This document shows, piece by piece, positions 9,371-17,155 of a DNA stretch of 32,000 bases. The notes under the pieces were generated by a model. The model was not told the origin of the DNA. It searched no databases and saw nothing but the letters and a program-made list of their open reading frames with translations. The stretch is from assembly GCF_035285525.1 (NCBI RefSeq), contig NZ_JAYKGW010000039.1:60001-92000 (forward strand). The letters are read 5' to 3'. The position numbers and the translations under genes are program-made. This DNA is from Okeania sp. Lineage in GTDB: Bacteria; Cyanobacteriota; Cyanobacteriia; Cyanobacteriales; Microcoleaceae. Each line of letters opens with the position of its first letter. Position 1 is the first letter of the stretch.

Positions 9371-9802
9371 CAGCCATGAAGTAAATCCATCGCGGGCAAG
9401 AATCCCCCCTACTTGTGAACATTGAATTTTGAATATCTGTACTTCATGTACTTGGAATTTGTTGTAACTCAAATTTGATAGCTGAATTGCGCAGTTCCTC
9501 TGCAAGAGCCTAGCTGACGACTTTTTGCCGAGCATTAGGAAATACTTACCAGCTATTTGACTAGAGTTAAGCAGGAAATACCTAACATATATATTGCTCG
9601 AAAAAAGTATTAAACTTTATTATTAAGAATAAAATCATATTTGGAATGGATAGTAAATTTTAAGTTAAATAAAAATTATTTATCTATTTTTTTATGAGAT
9701 ACTTTAAAGTTATTAACCTAAATTATTCCTACATAAAAAATTACACTAACATTAACCTATCTGAATTTTTAGCCAGTTAATTTTTATTTAATAATTTATT
9801 TA

Positions 9803-10774
9803 TTAAGATTCTCTAGGAATAGAACGTCGATACATTTCACACAAATGTGCTATTGTATCTATCAGGGTTAATCGATAATCTAGCAACATTTCTTCACTAC
9901 GTCCTTCTAACTTTAGTTGTTTAGCAAATTCATCCATTAATTCCATGTGAATTTCGACAATTTGGGTTACAGGAATATCTGAGAAAAAACAGAGGTTAAC
10001 AAACTCGTCTATTTTATTGTTAATAGAATTATCTTGAGAAAAATATTTCAGAACAATATAACGGTATTCTAACTTAAGTTCATCTACAAACTTACGACGC
10101 TCCAGGGGAGCCATATTCCTAATAAAATTAGCGGGATTCCTTTTATAATACACACCTAGGTATCCTAATCTTTCCCTTAATTTTGCATATAATCTGTGTT
10201 GCTGTTGATGAAGTTTATTGTTAGCAAATTCATCATTAGGTTGATGAGATATTTGAGATTTATCTTTGGCATAACTAGCAGGAGAAAGGGTGAGAAATTT
10301 TTGAACTGCCTGCTCAATATAAAAATCTATTTGGCCTAGTTGATTAATTAATAATGGAAGTTCTGCTTGATGATAAATAAAATTTTCATAATTATTTTGT
10401 GTACTATATTGAGTTAAATCATTATCGACTAACTGCTGAGTTTCTAAAGAATTTTCAGATTTAGATTGTTTAATAATTACAGTAGGTAATAAAATAGATT
10501 TATTGTGTAATTGATTTATTAAAGAAGTTAATTCAGAATATTCTTGAAAGAGAAGACAATCTATGTTATTGTTCTCTTCAATAAGTTGGATAAATTCTCG
10601 TTCAGAGTTGGTTAATGCCACAAGGTAGCGATCCCTACTCAGTAGCTTAGTTACTGAAGTAGCAAATTTATCATCATGTAAATATATACAAATAAATAGT
10701 TGAGTAGACAAAATGTTAGGTACAGTAGCTAAATTTGGGTTGGGTGGAAAATCTGTAATCTGACAAATCTCCAT
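9803..10774 (-). CDS. kaiA: Circadian clock protein KaiA, full-length form (N-terminal pseudo-receiver plus C-terminal KaiC-binding domain)
   Basis: The C-terminus ...VEIHMELMDEFAKQLKLEGRSEEMLLDYRLTLIDTIAHLCEMYRRSIPRES is the KaiA signature. The N-terminal half (LFICIYLHDD...SRDRYLVALTNSEREFIQLIEENNNIDCLLF) aligns by eye to the Synechococcus elongatus KaiA pseudo-receiver. The exact start is uncertain, with an extension of about 20 aa over S. elongatus. Confidence 0.9.
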   Translation of the reverse strand: MEICQITDFPPNPNLATVPNILSTQLFICIYLHDDKFATSVTKLLSRDRYLVALTNSEREFIQLIEENNNIDCLLFQEYSELTSLINQLHNKSILLPTVIIKQSKSENSLETQQLVDNDLTQYSTQNNYENFIYHQAELPLLINQLGQIDFYIEQAVQKFLTLSPASYAKDKSQISHQPNDEFANNKLHQQQHRLYAKLRERLGYLGVYYKRNPANFIRNMAPLERRKFVDELKLEYRYIVLKYFSQDNSINNKIDEFVNLCFFSDIPVTQIVEIHMELMDEFAKQLKLEGRSEEMLLDYRLTLIDTIAHLCEMYRRSIPRES

Positions 10775-11125
10775 GACAAAATAATTTTATTATACTAAAT
10801 ATTTAAACATATACTGTAACAAATATTAACACGGAGCGGCTCTAGATTTTTTGAGTCCGCAAGATAGGATGAAGAGGTTCTATCAGTTATCAGTTAACAG
10901 TTATCAGTTATCAGTAGACAGCTCCGAAAATAAAAAAGATGAAGAGGTGTTGTTGAGATATAAATAATAGACATCTCCGGAAGAGAGGGAACAGGTATGG
11001 AGGGGGGTAAAAGTCAACCCCTAATGCGATCACAACGCAGAAACCCCAGAAACCGGGTTTCTCTGTTACGGGTTTCTCTGTTTCTGTTCCTACTCCCTAC
11101 TCCCCACTCCCTACTCCCTATTAAA

Positions 11126-14100
11126 ATGAATTATTTCAACTTAAATACCCGAACTGTTATGTTAATACCCTACACAACTCTAAAAAAATTTATATCTCCG
11201 ATACCAGTATGCTTAGAAACAGAAAATTTGCAAGTAGTCTGGTCAATTTTCTCTAGGGAAAAATGTAGTGAGTTAGTAGTAGTAAATGCTCGACAACAAC
11301 CATTAGGATTAATTTACTTACATAGTTTAATTCCTTATCTCATTTCTAACTCAGAAACCCAAAAACTTCCAACTAATCCTGCTATAAAAAATTGGCAACA
11401 ACCTCTACCTCCAATCAGTTCTTTGATATTAAATAGTTTGATGATCTTATCAGCAAATTTAACTGTTGATAAATTATGGTCATATCTCCAATCTCAATCT
11501 AAAAAGCAGCAAATTAATCAAGAATATTCTAGTTTACCTATCGCTCTTGTAGATAGAAAAGGTAAATTTTTAGGTTTATTAGATAGTTGGCAGTTATTAG
11601 AATTTATTTCTAAAACTGAAGACCAAAAGCCAAATAGCTCTAAACAAAAAAAATCCTCAGAAACGCAGCAAATAATTACAAAAGATTTTGTTAGTCTAGG
11701 AAAAGTAGAGACCTCTTCTTATCTTTCTTCATTAATAAAGCTTTTAGAAAAATTACCTTTACCTCTAATGTTGCAGAATAATGAAGGTAAAGTAATAAAT
11801 CAGAATTTAGCATGGCGTTCTGAGATAGAAAAAGAATCAGAATTAAGAGAAATTGTAGATACAGTTGTCAGTTTATCTACAAATAATATTAAACAACAGC
11901 CGAGCCAAGTAAAAATGCCAGACTCTCTAGCTATTTTTAGAGATGGCATAACATTTTCCTGTCCTACAACAACTGATTGGAAAATTTCCCCCACGACACT
12001 TTTAGAAGAAAGAGCCAAAATACCAAAACCAAATTCTAATTCTAGTTGGTGTTATTATACTCAACCAGATACTTATGTTTGTACTTGTCCTCAGCAAAAT
12101 GGTCCAGAACGAGTATGGCAATTTAGTAGTCAAGAATTGTTTGACCTAACATTAGTATTAGCTCAGGATGTTACAGAACAACATTTAGTGGCAAAAGAAT
12201 TACAAGCTAAAAATGCTGACTTAATTCAGCTTAACCGACTTAAAGATGAATTTTTGGCTTGTATTAGTCATGAACTAAAAACACCTTTAACTGCTGTACT
12301 GGGTTTATCTAGTTTATTGAAAGAAAAGACTTTGGGAAGTCTGAATGAACGTCAAAGTCGTTATGCTCAACTGATTCATCAAAGTGGCCGTCATTTGATG
12401 GCGGTTGTGAATGATATTCTAGATTTGACTCGGATGGAAACTGGACAAATGGAGTTGAACCCAGGAAAAGTTGACATTCGGAGAGTTTGTGACTTTGCTT
12501 TTCAGGAAGCTTTACAACTTCAATATAAGCATCCTGAAAGTAAATCTTCTGCTATCTTTCCTGATTCTCTACGAGCCAAATATACTTTGGAGATAGAGAC
12601 TGATCTTAATATTATAGTCGCAGATGAGTTACGTTTGCGCCAGATGTTAGTAAATTTATTATCTAATGCTTTGAAGTTTACTCCCGCAGATGGCAAGATG
12701 GGGTTAAAAGTAGCTAGATGGGAAAAGTGGATAACTTTTACTGTTTGGGATTTGGGGATTGGTATTCCACCTGATAAACAACATTTGATTTTTCAGAAGT
12801 TTCAACAATTAGAAAATCCTCTAAGTCGTGAGTTTGAAGGAACTGGTTTGGGTTTAGTATTGACTCAACGTTTAGCTCGTTTACATGGTGGGGATATTAC
12901 TTTTATTTCTCAGGAAAATAAGGGGAGTGAGTTTACTTTAATTTTACCACCAAGTCCTCCTCCAAAAGATTTAGAAATTGCAGGATGGGAAACGAATGAT
13001 TATTTGAAAAAACAAGGATTAATTCCTAGTAAACCCAGTGAAGTAGCAAGTAAGAAAGAGAGGAAGTTATCGGTTAATAATTGTCAATTACCTTTAGTTA
13101 ATTATTCATCTCGTTTAGTTTTAATTGTGGAGGCAGTTCCGCGATTTATTGAAGATTTGACAAATAAATTAACAGGTTTAGGTTATCGAGTAGTTATTGC
13201 TCGTTCTGGTACGGAAGCGGTGGAAAAGGCAAGAAAGTTACAACCAAAGTTAATATTTCTGAATCCATTTTTGCCTCTTTTATCTGGTTGGGATGTTTTA
13301 ACTTTATTAAAAACTGATAATGATACTTGTCAGATTCCTGTAGTGATAACTTCTACTATTGGAGAGAAAGAAAGAGGGATAATTTATGGAGCAAATAAGT
13401 TTTTAAGTTTACCTGTAGAACAGTTAGCATTAGAAAAAATATTAACAGAATTTACTAATGCTCCATCACAAAAAGAGAGCTATCAAAAATTAATAATTCT
13501 TCGTTTAATTCCTGGTAAATACAAGTTTGATAATCCCACTACAGAAGAATCTATTTATGAGAATAAATTTCTTTCTCTTCCAGTTGAATATAGAATTATA
13601 GAAGCAGATGATTTAGGTCAAGCTAATTTACTTGCTAAAATTTGGCATCCTCATGTAATTTTGATAGAAAGAATTTCTAATTCTATTACTCCTGTTAAAT
13701 TTATTCAAAGTTTAAGTCAATATTCTACTTTAGCTGCTATTCCTTTAGTAACTCTTGATTCGGAAACTACTCAAGCAGCTAATCAAATTAAACAATTATC
13801 TGTATTTCCTTGTTTAGCTTTTGAAAAAAATGATAATAATTTAACCGAAACCAAAGTTGATGATGAATCTTTAACATCTGCATTGTCGCAAGTAATTTCT
13901 ATTGCTGCGGGTGTGAGTTGGGTGCCAACTATATTAGTTATGGATGTGGCGAATATTAAAGATTTTACAGTACCTTTAACAGATATTTTGTCTAAGGAAA
14001 CTGTGGCTAATTTTTCAGATTTTGCATCAGAAAAAAAGGGGAAAGAGTTAGGAAATAATACTTTTAATTTTTCAACTTTTCCGGCTTTTATTTCTGATTT

Positions 14101-14503
14101 AGAAGCAACCGAGAAAAATTCGCAAAATTGTGAATCCACAAAATTACCAATTGATAGTACACAAGTTTTAGTTCAGTATATTCAAACTTCTGGATTTAAA
14201 GGTTTAATTGCTAAATCTTGGGTAGAGGTTTTATCACAATTGCAAAATCATAGTGTAGATTTATTATTAATTTGTTTAAGGGGAAATTTACCTCTTGGTT
14301 TCGATAAAAGATTATCTGATTTAGAGAAAATTTTAACAAAACCTCCTATATTAGTTTGGGAACATTCTGATTATCAATTACCAAGAAATCTTACACGAAA
14401 AAATCTAAATTTAGTTTTGAATAAGATTGCGACAAAAATTTTGCCTTCTGATTTATCAATAGTAGATTTATTGACAGAAATTAAGAGTCATTTGATATTT
14501 TAG
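11126..14503 (+). CDS. Sensor histidine kinase: CBS pair, PAS-like region, HisKA, HATPase_c and three degenerate receiver-like modules
   Basis: H-box FLACISHELKTPLTAV (His codon 12269-12271), N/G boxes LVNLLSNALKFT, WDLGIGIP, EGTGLGLVL. A receiver-like fold follows with Asn (13262-13264) in place of the phospho-acceptor Asp. The start is moved to the ATG at 11126 because the first 43 codons of the track ORF are read through a GGGAGTA STRR array. Confidence 0.85.
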   Translation: MNYFNLNTRTVMLIPYTTLKKFISPIPVCLETENLQVVWSIFSREKCSELVVVNARQQPLGLIYLHSLIPYLISNSETQKLPTNPAIKNWQQPLPPISSLILNSLMILSANLTVDKLWSYLQSQSKKQQINQEYSSLPIALVDRKGKFLGLLDSWQLLEFISKTEDQKPNSSKQKKSSETQQIITKDFVSLGKVETSSYLSSLIKLLEKLPLPLMLQNNEGKVINQNLAWRSEIEKESELREIVDTVVSLSTNNIKQQPSQVKMPDSLAIFRDGITFSCPTTTDWKISPTTLLEERAKIPKPNSNSSWCYYTQPDTYVCTCPQQNGPERVWQFSSQELFDLTLVLAQDVTEQHLVAKELQAKNADLIQLNRLKDEFLACISHELKTPLTAVLGLSSLLKEKTLGSLNERQSRYAQLIHQSGRHLMAVVNDILDLTRMETGQMELNPGKVDIRRVCDFAFQEALQLQYKHPESKSSAIFPDSLRAKYTLEIETDLNIIVADELRLRQMLVNLLSNALKFTPADGKMGLKVARWEKWITFTVWDLGIGIPPDKQHLIFQKFQQLENPLSREFEGTGLGLVLTQRLARLHGGDITFISQENKGSEFTLILPPSPPPKDLEIAGWETNDYLKKQGLIPSKPSEVASKKERKLSVNNCQLPLVNYSSRLVLIVEAVPRFIEDLTNKLTGLGYRVVIARSGTEAVEKARKLQPKLIFLNPFLPLLSGWDVLTLLKTDNDTCQIPVVITSTIGEKERGIIYGANKFLSLPVEQLALEKILTEFTNAPSQKESYQKLIILRLIPGKYKFDNPTTEESIYENKFLSLPVEYRIIEADDLGQANLLAKIWHPHVILIERISNSITPVKFIQSLSQYSTLAAIPLVTLDSETTQAANQIKQLSVFPCLAFEKNDNNLTETKVDDESLTSALSQVISIAAGVSWVPTILVMDVANIKDFTVPLTDILSKETVANFSDFASEKKGKELGNNTFNFSTFPAFISDLEATEKNSQNCESTKLPIDSTQVLVQYIQTSGFKGLIAKSWVEVLSQLQNHSVDLLLICLRGNLPLGFDKRLSDLEKILTKPPILVWEHSDYQLPRNLTRKNLNLVLNKIATKILPSDLSIVDLLTEIKSHLIF

Positions 14504-14509
14504 AAATTA

Positions 14510-14545
14510 GGGAGTAGGGAGTAGGGAGTAGGGAGTAGGGAGTAG
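14510..14545. repeat. STRR-type heptamer array (GGGAGTA) x5, starting 7 nt after the kinase stop codon
   Basis: gggagtagggagtagggagtagggagtagggagtag. Confidence 0.9.
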
Positions 14546-14561
14546 TTTTTTAATTTTTAAT

Positions 14562-14587
14562 GCAGTGGAAAAACCACTGCTTTTTTT
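14562..14587 (+). terminator. Rho-independent terminator of the kinase gene
   Basis: Stem gcagtgg / ccactgc, loop aaaaa, followed by T7 (14581-14587). Confidence 0.8.
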
Positions 14588-14613
14588 ATATCAGCTACAT
14601 AGAAAATAATCAC

Positions 14614-14672
14614 CCAACAAAAATTGCTTTTTTTGGGCAACATTTATTGGGTTTTATGACAATATTTGTTGG
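14614..14672. promoter_or_regulatory. Inverted pair CCAACAAAAATTG (14614-14626) / CAATATTTGTTGG (14660-14672); candidate operator upstream of the first island ORF
   Basis: The two arms match at 12 of 13 positions when one is reverse-complemented. The half-site CCAACAA recurs in the perfect palindrome at 15060-15071. Confidence 0.3.
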
Positions 14673-14746
14673 TTTTATTTTAAATAAATAGGCTATATAT
14701 TAGTTAAATAATCCACAGACTAAATTCTAATTTGGAGACTAATATA

Positions 14747-14947
14747 ATGTCTAAAAAAACTAAAAAATCTAAAATTATTAAGTATTTGTATATCAACTGC
14801 GCTGAAAGAATTGCTATTTTAAAATTGAATTTATGGGGCAGTGTCTTGAGTGTGTCGTTGAAGCAGGAAAAGAATATCTATTTAAAGTATTTAAAACCCA
14901 TAAAGATGCTGATATGGAGACTTATAATTCTGAAATATCTACAATAA
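14747..14947 (+). CDS. Hypothetical small basic protein (66 aa from the ATG at 14747); coding status uncertain
   Basis: GGAG lies 9 nt upstream of the ATG at 14747 (tttGGAGactaatataATG). The sequence is very AT-rich. An overlapping alternative frame (14833-15003, MGQCLECVVEAGKEYLFKVFKTHKDAD...) ends just before the 15014 hairpin and cannot be excluded. Confidence 0.3.
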   Translation: MSKKTKKSKIIKYLYINCAERIAILKLNLWGSVLSVSLKQEKNIYLKYLKPIKMLIWRLIILKYLQ

Positions 14948-15013
14948 TTTTGTTCGTTAGGGTGCCTTGTCGTCGGTTTATTTTATCAAAATTTACTCCG
15001 TAAATAAGACGAT

Positions 15014-15056
15014 TTCCAATTAGATATACATAATAAATTTATCTAATTGGAATTTT
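15014..15056 (+). terminator. Hairpin with T-tract (13-bp perfect stem ttccaattagata / tatctaattggaa, 13-nt loop, then TTTT)
   Basis: Read directly: arms at 15014-15026 and 15040-15052, followed by ttttg. Confidence 0.6.
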
Positions 15057-15059
15057 GTA

Positions 15060-15071
15060 CAACAATTGTTG
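15060..15071. promoter_or_regulatory. Perfect 12-bp palindrome CAACAATTGTTG; candidate operator
   Basis: Read directly. It lies about 170 bp upstream of the 15242 ORF and is related to the 14614/14660 half-sites. Confidence 0.3.
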
Positions 15072-15241
15072 GTTGTCTTTTGGGAAGATACTGTTATGAT
15101 GTTTATTACATAATTAGCTGATGCTGTAAACTTGCTGTTTAAAATGGGAGGAAATTCTTAAATTGAGAAAATAATCTGCTAAATCAAAATATGTTTTTTT
15201 CAACGTTACCCTACCTAAATTATGATGCAAAGTGAGGTTAT

Positions 15242-15517
15242 ATGCACCGAAAAGATTTTAATACCCCCTCTTATATTGATGAAGTGAAAAAACTAGCAAG
15301 CGATCGCAATATCAATGTTCTAGAAGTTGATAATTTATTAGATGCAATAGAGAAAATTTTCAAAGTTTCTATTTCTGAAAAGTATAAAATGATGATTTAC
15401 TTAGCAATAAGAAGTTTCTTTAAGATAGAAGATATGGGTGAAATAACTGAAAACAATATATGTTATTTTCAATGTTATGCTACTAAATTATGGAGCAAAG
15501 TGAGGTTATATGCCTAG
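15242..15517 (+). CDS. Hypothetical small protein (91 aa), copy 1 of a tandem duplication
   Basis: A GAGG Shine-Dalgarno sits 4 nt upstream of the ATG (aaagtGAGGttatATG). The frame is intact and contains a HIP1 site (15300-15307). I recognise no family. Confidence 0.5.
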   Translation: MHRKDFNTPSYIDEVKKLASDRNINVLEVDNLLDAIEKIFKVSISEKYKMMIYLAIRSFFKIEDMGEITENNICYFQCYATKLWSKVRLYA

Positions 15518-15710
15518 GAAAGACTTTAATTCTAACTCTTCTATTGATGAAGTCAAAAAAGAAGCGAATTATTACAAGATCAATGTTTGATAAGTTGATA
15601 ATTTATTAAACGAAATAGAGGAAAATTTCAAAATTTCTATTTCTGAAAAGTATAGAATTATGCTCTACTTAGGGATGGCTGGTTTGTATACAAAGAAAGA
15701 GCTAAAGTAA
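15510..15710 (+). pseudogene. Copy 2 of the small ORF, interrupted by two adjacent in-frame stops (TGA TAA at 15588-15593)
   Basis: The same SD-plus-ATG context (aaagtGAGGttatATG). MPRKDFNSNSSIDEVKKEANYYKINV**VDNLLNEIEENFKISISEKYRIM... aligns with copy 1, MHRKDFNTPSYIDEVKKLASDRNINVLEVDNLLDAIEKIFKVSISEKYKMM... Confidence 0.6.
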
Positions 15711-15799
15711 CTGGACACACTTACAGAAATATACATTCTGATTTCAACAAAAATCTAGGTTGGTATCTGAAAGAATATTTTTATCCTTAATCACAAGAT

Positions 15800-15982
15800 A
15801 TGCGTTTTGGTATCACTTCTTTAAGAAGAACTATTTATTCTTTATATCTAAAATGTTTTGATCAATATAATGATGATAATTTAACTAACATTTTACCTAG
15901 CCGTGTGCAAGAAAATTTAGAAGTTAAAGAAGATTCAAAAGTTGATGAAAATATTGACGATAATCGCCTAATTACTGACTAA
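15800..15982 (+). CDS. Hypothetical 60-aa acidic ORF; weak support
   Basis: The only support is an open frame. There is no Shine-Dalgarno and no recognisable motif. Confidence 0.2.
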   Translation: MRFGITSLRRTIYSLYLKCFDQYNDDNLTNILPSRVQENLEVKEDSKVDENIDDNRLITD

Positions 15983-16038
15983 TCAATTTTTTCCATTTTC
16001 CAAGACCAAACACTATAATATAAGAAACGAATCAATTT

Positions 16039-17040
16039 ATGAAAAGAGAATCATCTAATCAAATATTATCCAAATATAGTTTAATTGAGACTTCTAAATT
16101 AACCGCATTACTACAACAAAAATGCGATGAAGACGAACGTGCTAATTGGATTAGAGAATTAGGTGAACTTATTGAACCAGAAGTAATTAAATTTTTGTGG
16201 AATTTAAGAAATAATATGGAAAATGAAGACCCTTTTGTTCAATATGAAATAAAGCTTAGTCTTCACAAAATTACAAGTCATCCTCATGTTGATATTGATA
16301 TATTTCTTGAAAATTTATCAGTATTCCAAACCCAAGAAAAAAATTCCCAAGCTCCTAAAATTCTAATTGACTCTAACATACTTGAAGAATTTTTATTAAG
16401 AAATAAAACTACTACTAGCCAAGATGTTACTAGAGTAGTTGAATGGGTTTTATCTGAAAAGATTAATCCCTATCTTGGTAAAAAGGGATTAGAAAATCTT
16501 TGGTCAAGGGCTGAAAATTTGAGAGGAAAAGAATATGCTAACCGTCTTATTATAGAAATTATAAGTCAATTTAATATTTGTGAAATTGACTTGAAAGAAA
16601 TCGATCTGGAAAAATATCCCACTGTCAATATACCAACTATTATTCAACTTGAATGTGCTAAGAAATATGATTTGAATGCCATCATTACTTTAAGGGATAG
16701 GGATTTTATAGGTAGTGATTGGCCTTATATTTATTCACCAGCATTATTCTTAGATTATGTAGAGTCTCAAAAGTTTGATTTATCTCCTGAATCTTTCAGA
16801 GAAAAAGAAGCTCAAAAATATATTGAGAAAACGAGAGAAAAACTATCCAAGATTTGGAATCAAGAACTGAAAAAAAATACTCATTTTGAGGACAGATTAC
16901 TCCTTTTTCAAGGTTGGAGTATTCAAAAGTTTGAGCTTCTTTGTACCAAAGGAGACCTAACTTCTGCTACTTTTATTTTACAAGATAAGTCTGGAAAAGA
17001 ACATTCTCAAAAGTCTGGTTTCAAAAGAGGTTCAATATAA
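16039..17040 (+). CDS. HEAT-like repeat plus PIN-domain protein; probably the 5' part of a longer frameshift-split gene
   Basis: aa 30-80, DERANWIRELGELIEPEVIKFLWNLRNNMENEDPFVQYEIKLSLHKI, is HEAT-like. aa about 106-242 has a PIN-like layout: KILIDSNIL (Asp111), VVEWVLSEK (Glu), NAIITLRDRDF...IYSPALFL (Asp220/222, the T-x-D-x-D-F / P-x-x-F-L ending common in VapC-type PINs). The C-terminal 40 aa begin a LeuA-dimer-like domain that continues in the next frame. Confidence 0.6.
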   Translation: MKRESSNQILSKYSLIETSKLTALLQQKCDEDERANWIRELGELIEPEVIKFLWNLRNNMENEDPFVQYEIKLSLHKITSHPHVDIDIFLENLSVFQTQEKNSQAPKILIDSNILEEFLLRNKTTTSQDVTRVVEWVLSEKINPYLGKKGLENLWSRAENLRGKEYANRLIIEIISQFNICEIDLKEIDLEKYPTVNIPTIIQLECAKKYDLNAIITLRDRDFIGSDWPYIYSPALFLDYVESQKFDLSPESFREKEAQKYIEKTREKLSKIWNQELKKNTHFEDRLLLFQGWSIQKFELLCTKGDLTSATFILQDKSGKEHSQKSGFKRGSI

Positions 17041-17155
17041 TGCACTTTTTACCGCTTTTGATAAGGCTTTATCTCATATAGTTGAGATTAAACATGAACT
17101 AAAATTTATCTACATAGCTAATTTAAAGCCAGGTAAAGAAGGTTATGTAACTGTT

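Noticed and set aside
9353-9535. 60-aa minus-strand ORF in the kaiA-kaiB spacer
   Set aside because: It overlaps repeat fragments (the cttgcccgcgatgg core and duplication module B), has no SD, and has an implausible composition. The spacer is reported as a finding instead.
10997-11125. The track's upstream start for the histidine kinase (MEGGKSQPLM...)
   Set aside because: These 43 codons are translated through the GGGAGTA STRR array and adjacent repeat DNA. The ATG at 11126, or 11159, precedes the first recognisable CBS-like domain.
11800-14139. Antisense ORFs 11800-12018 and 13783-14139 inside the kinase gene
   Set aside because: They are nested antisense to a gene with clear H, N and G boxes. 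In AT-rich antisense frames, long ORFs can arise by chance.
14833-15003. Alternative-frame 56-aa ORF (MGQCLECVVEAGKEYLFKVFKTHKDAD...)
   Set aside because: It is not rejected outright. It ends right before the 15014 hairpin, but it lacks an SD and overlaps the SD-led 14747 ORF. I cannot decide between the two from sequence alone, so it is not listed as a feature.
16014-16019. TATAAT hexamer 20 nt upstream of the 16039 start, as a promoter -10 element
   Set aside because: TATAAT-like strings are frequent in DNA with about 30% GC, and the -35 region (ttccat) is weak. It is not reported as a feature without transcript data.
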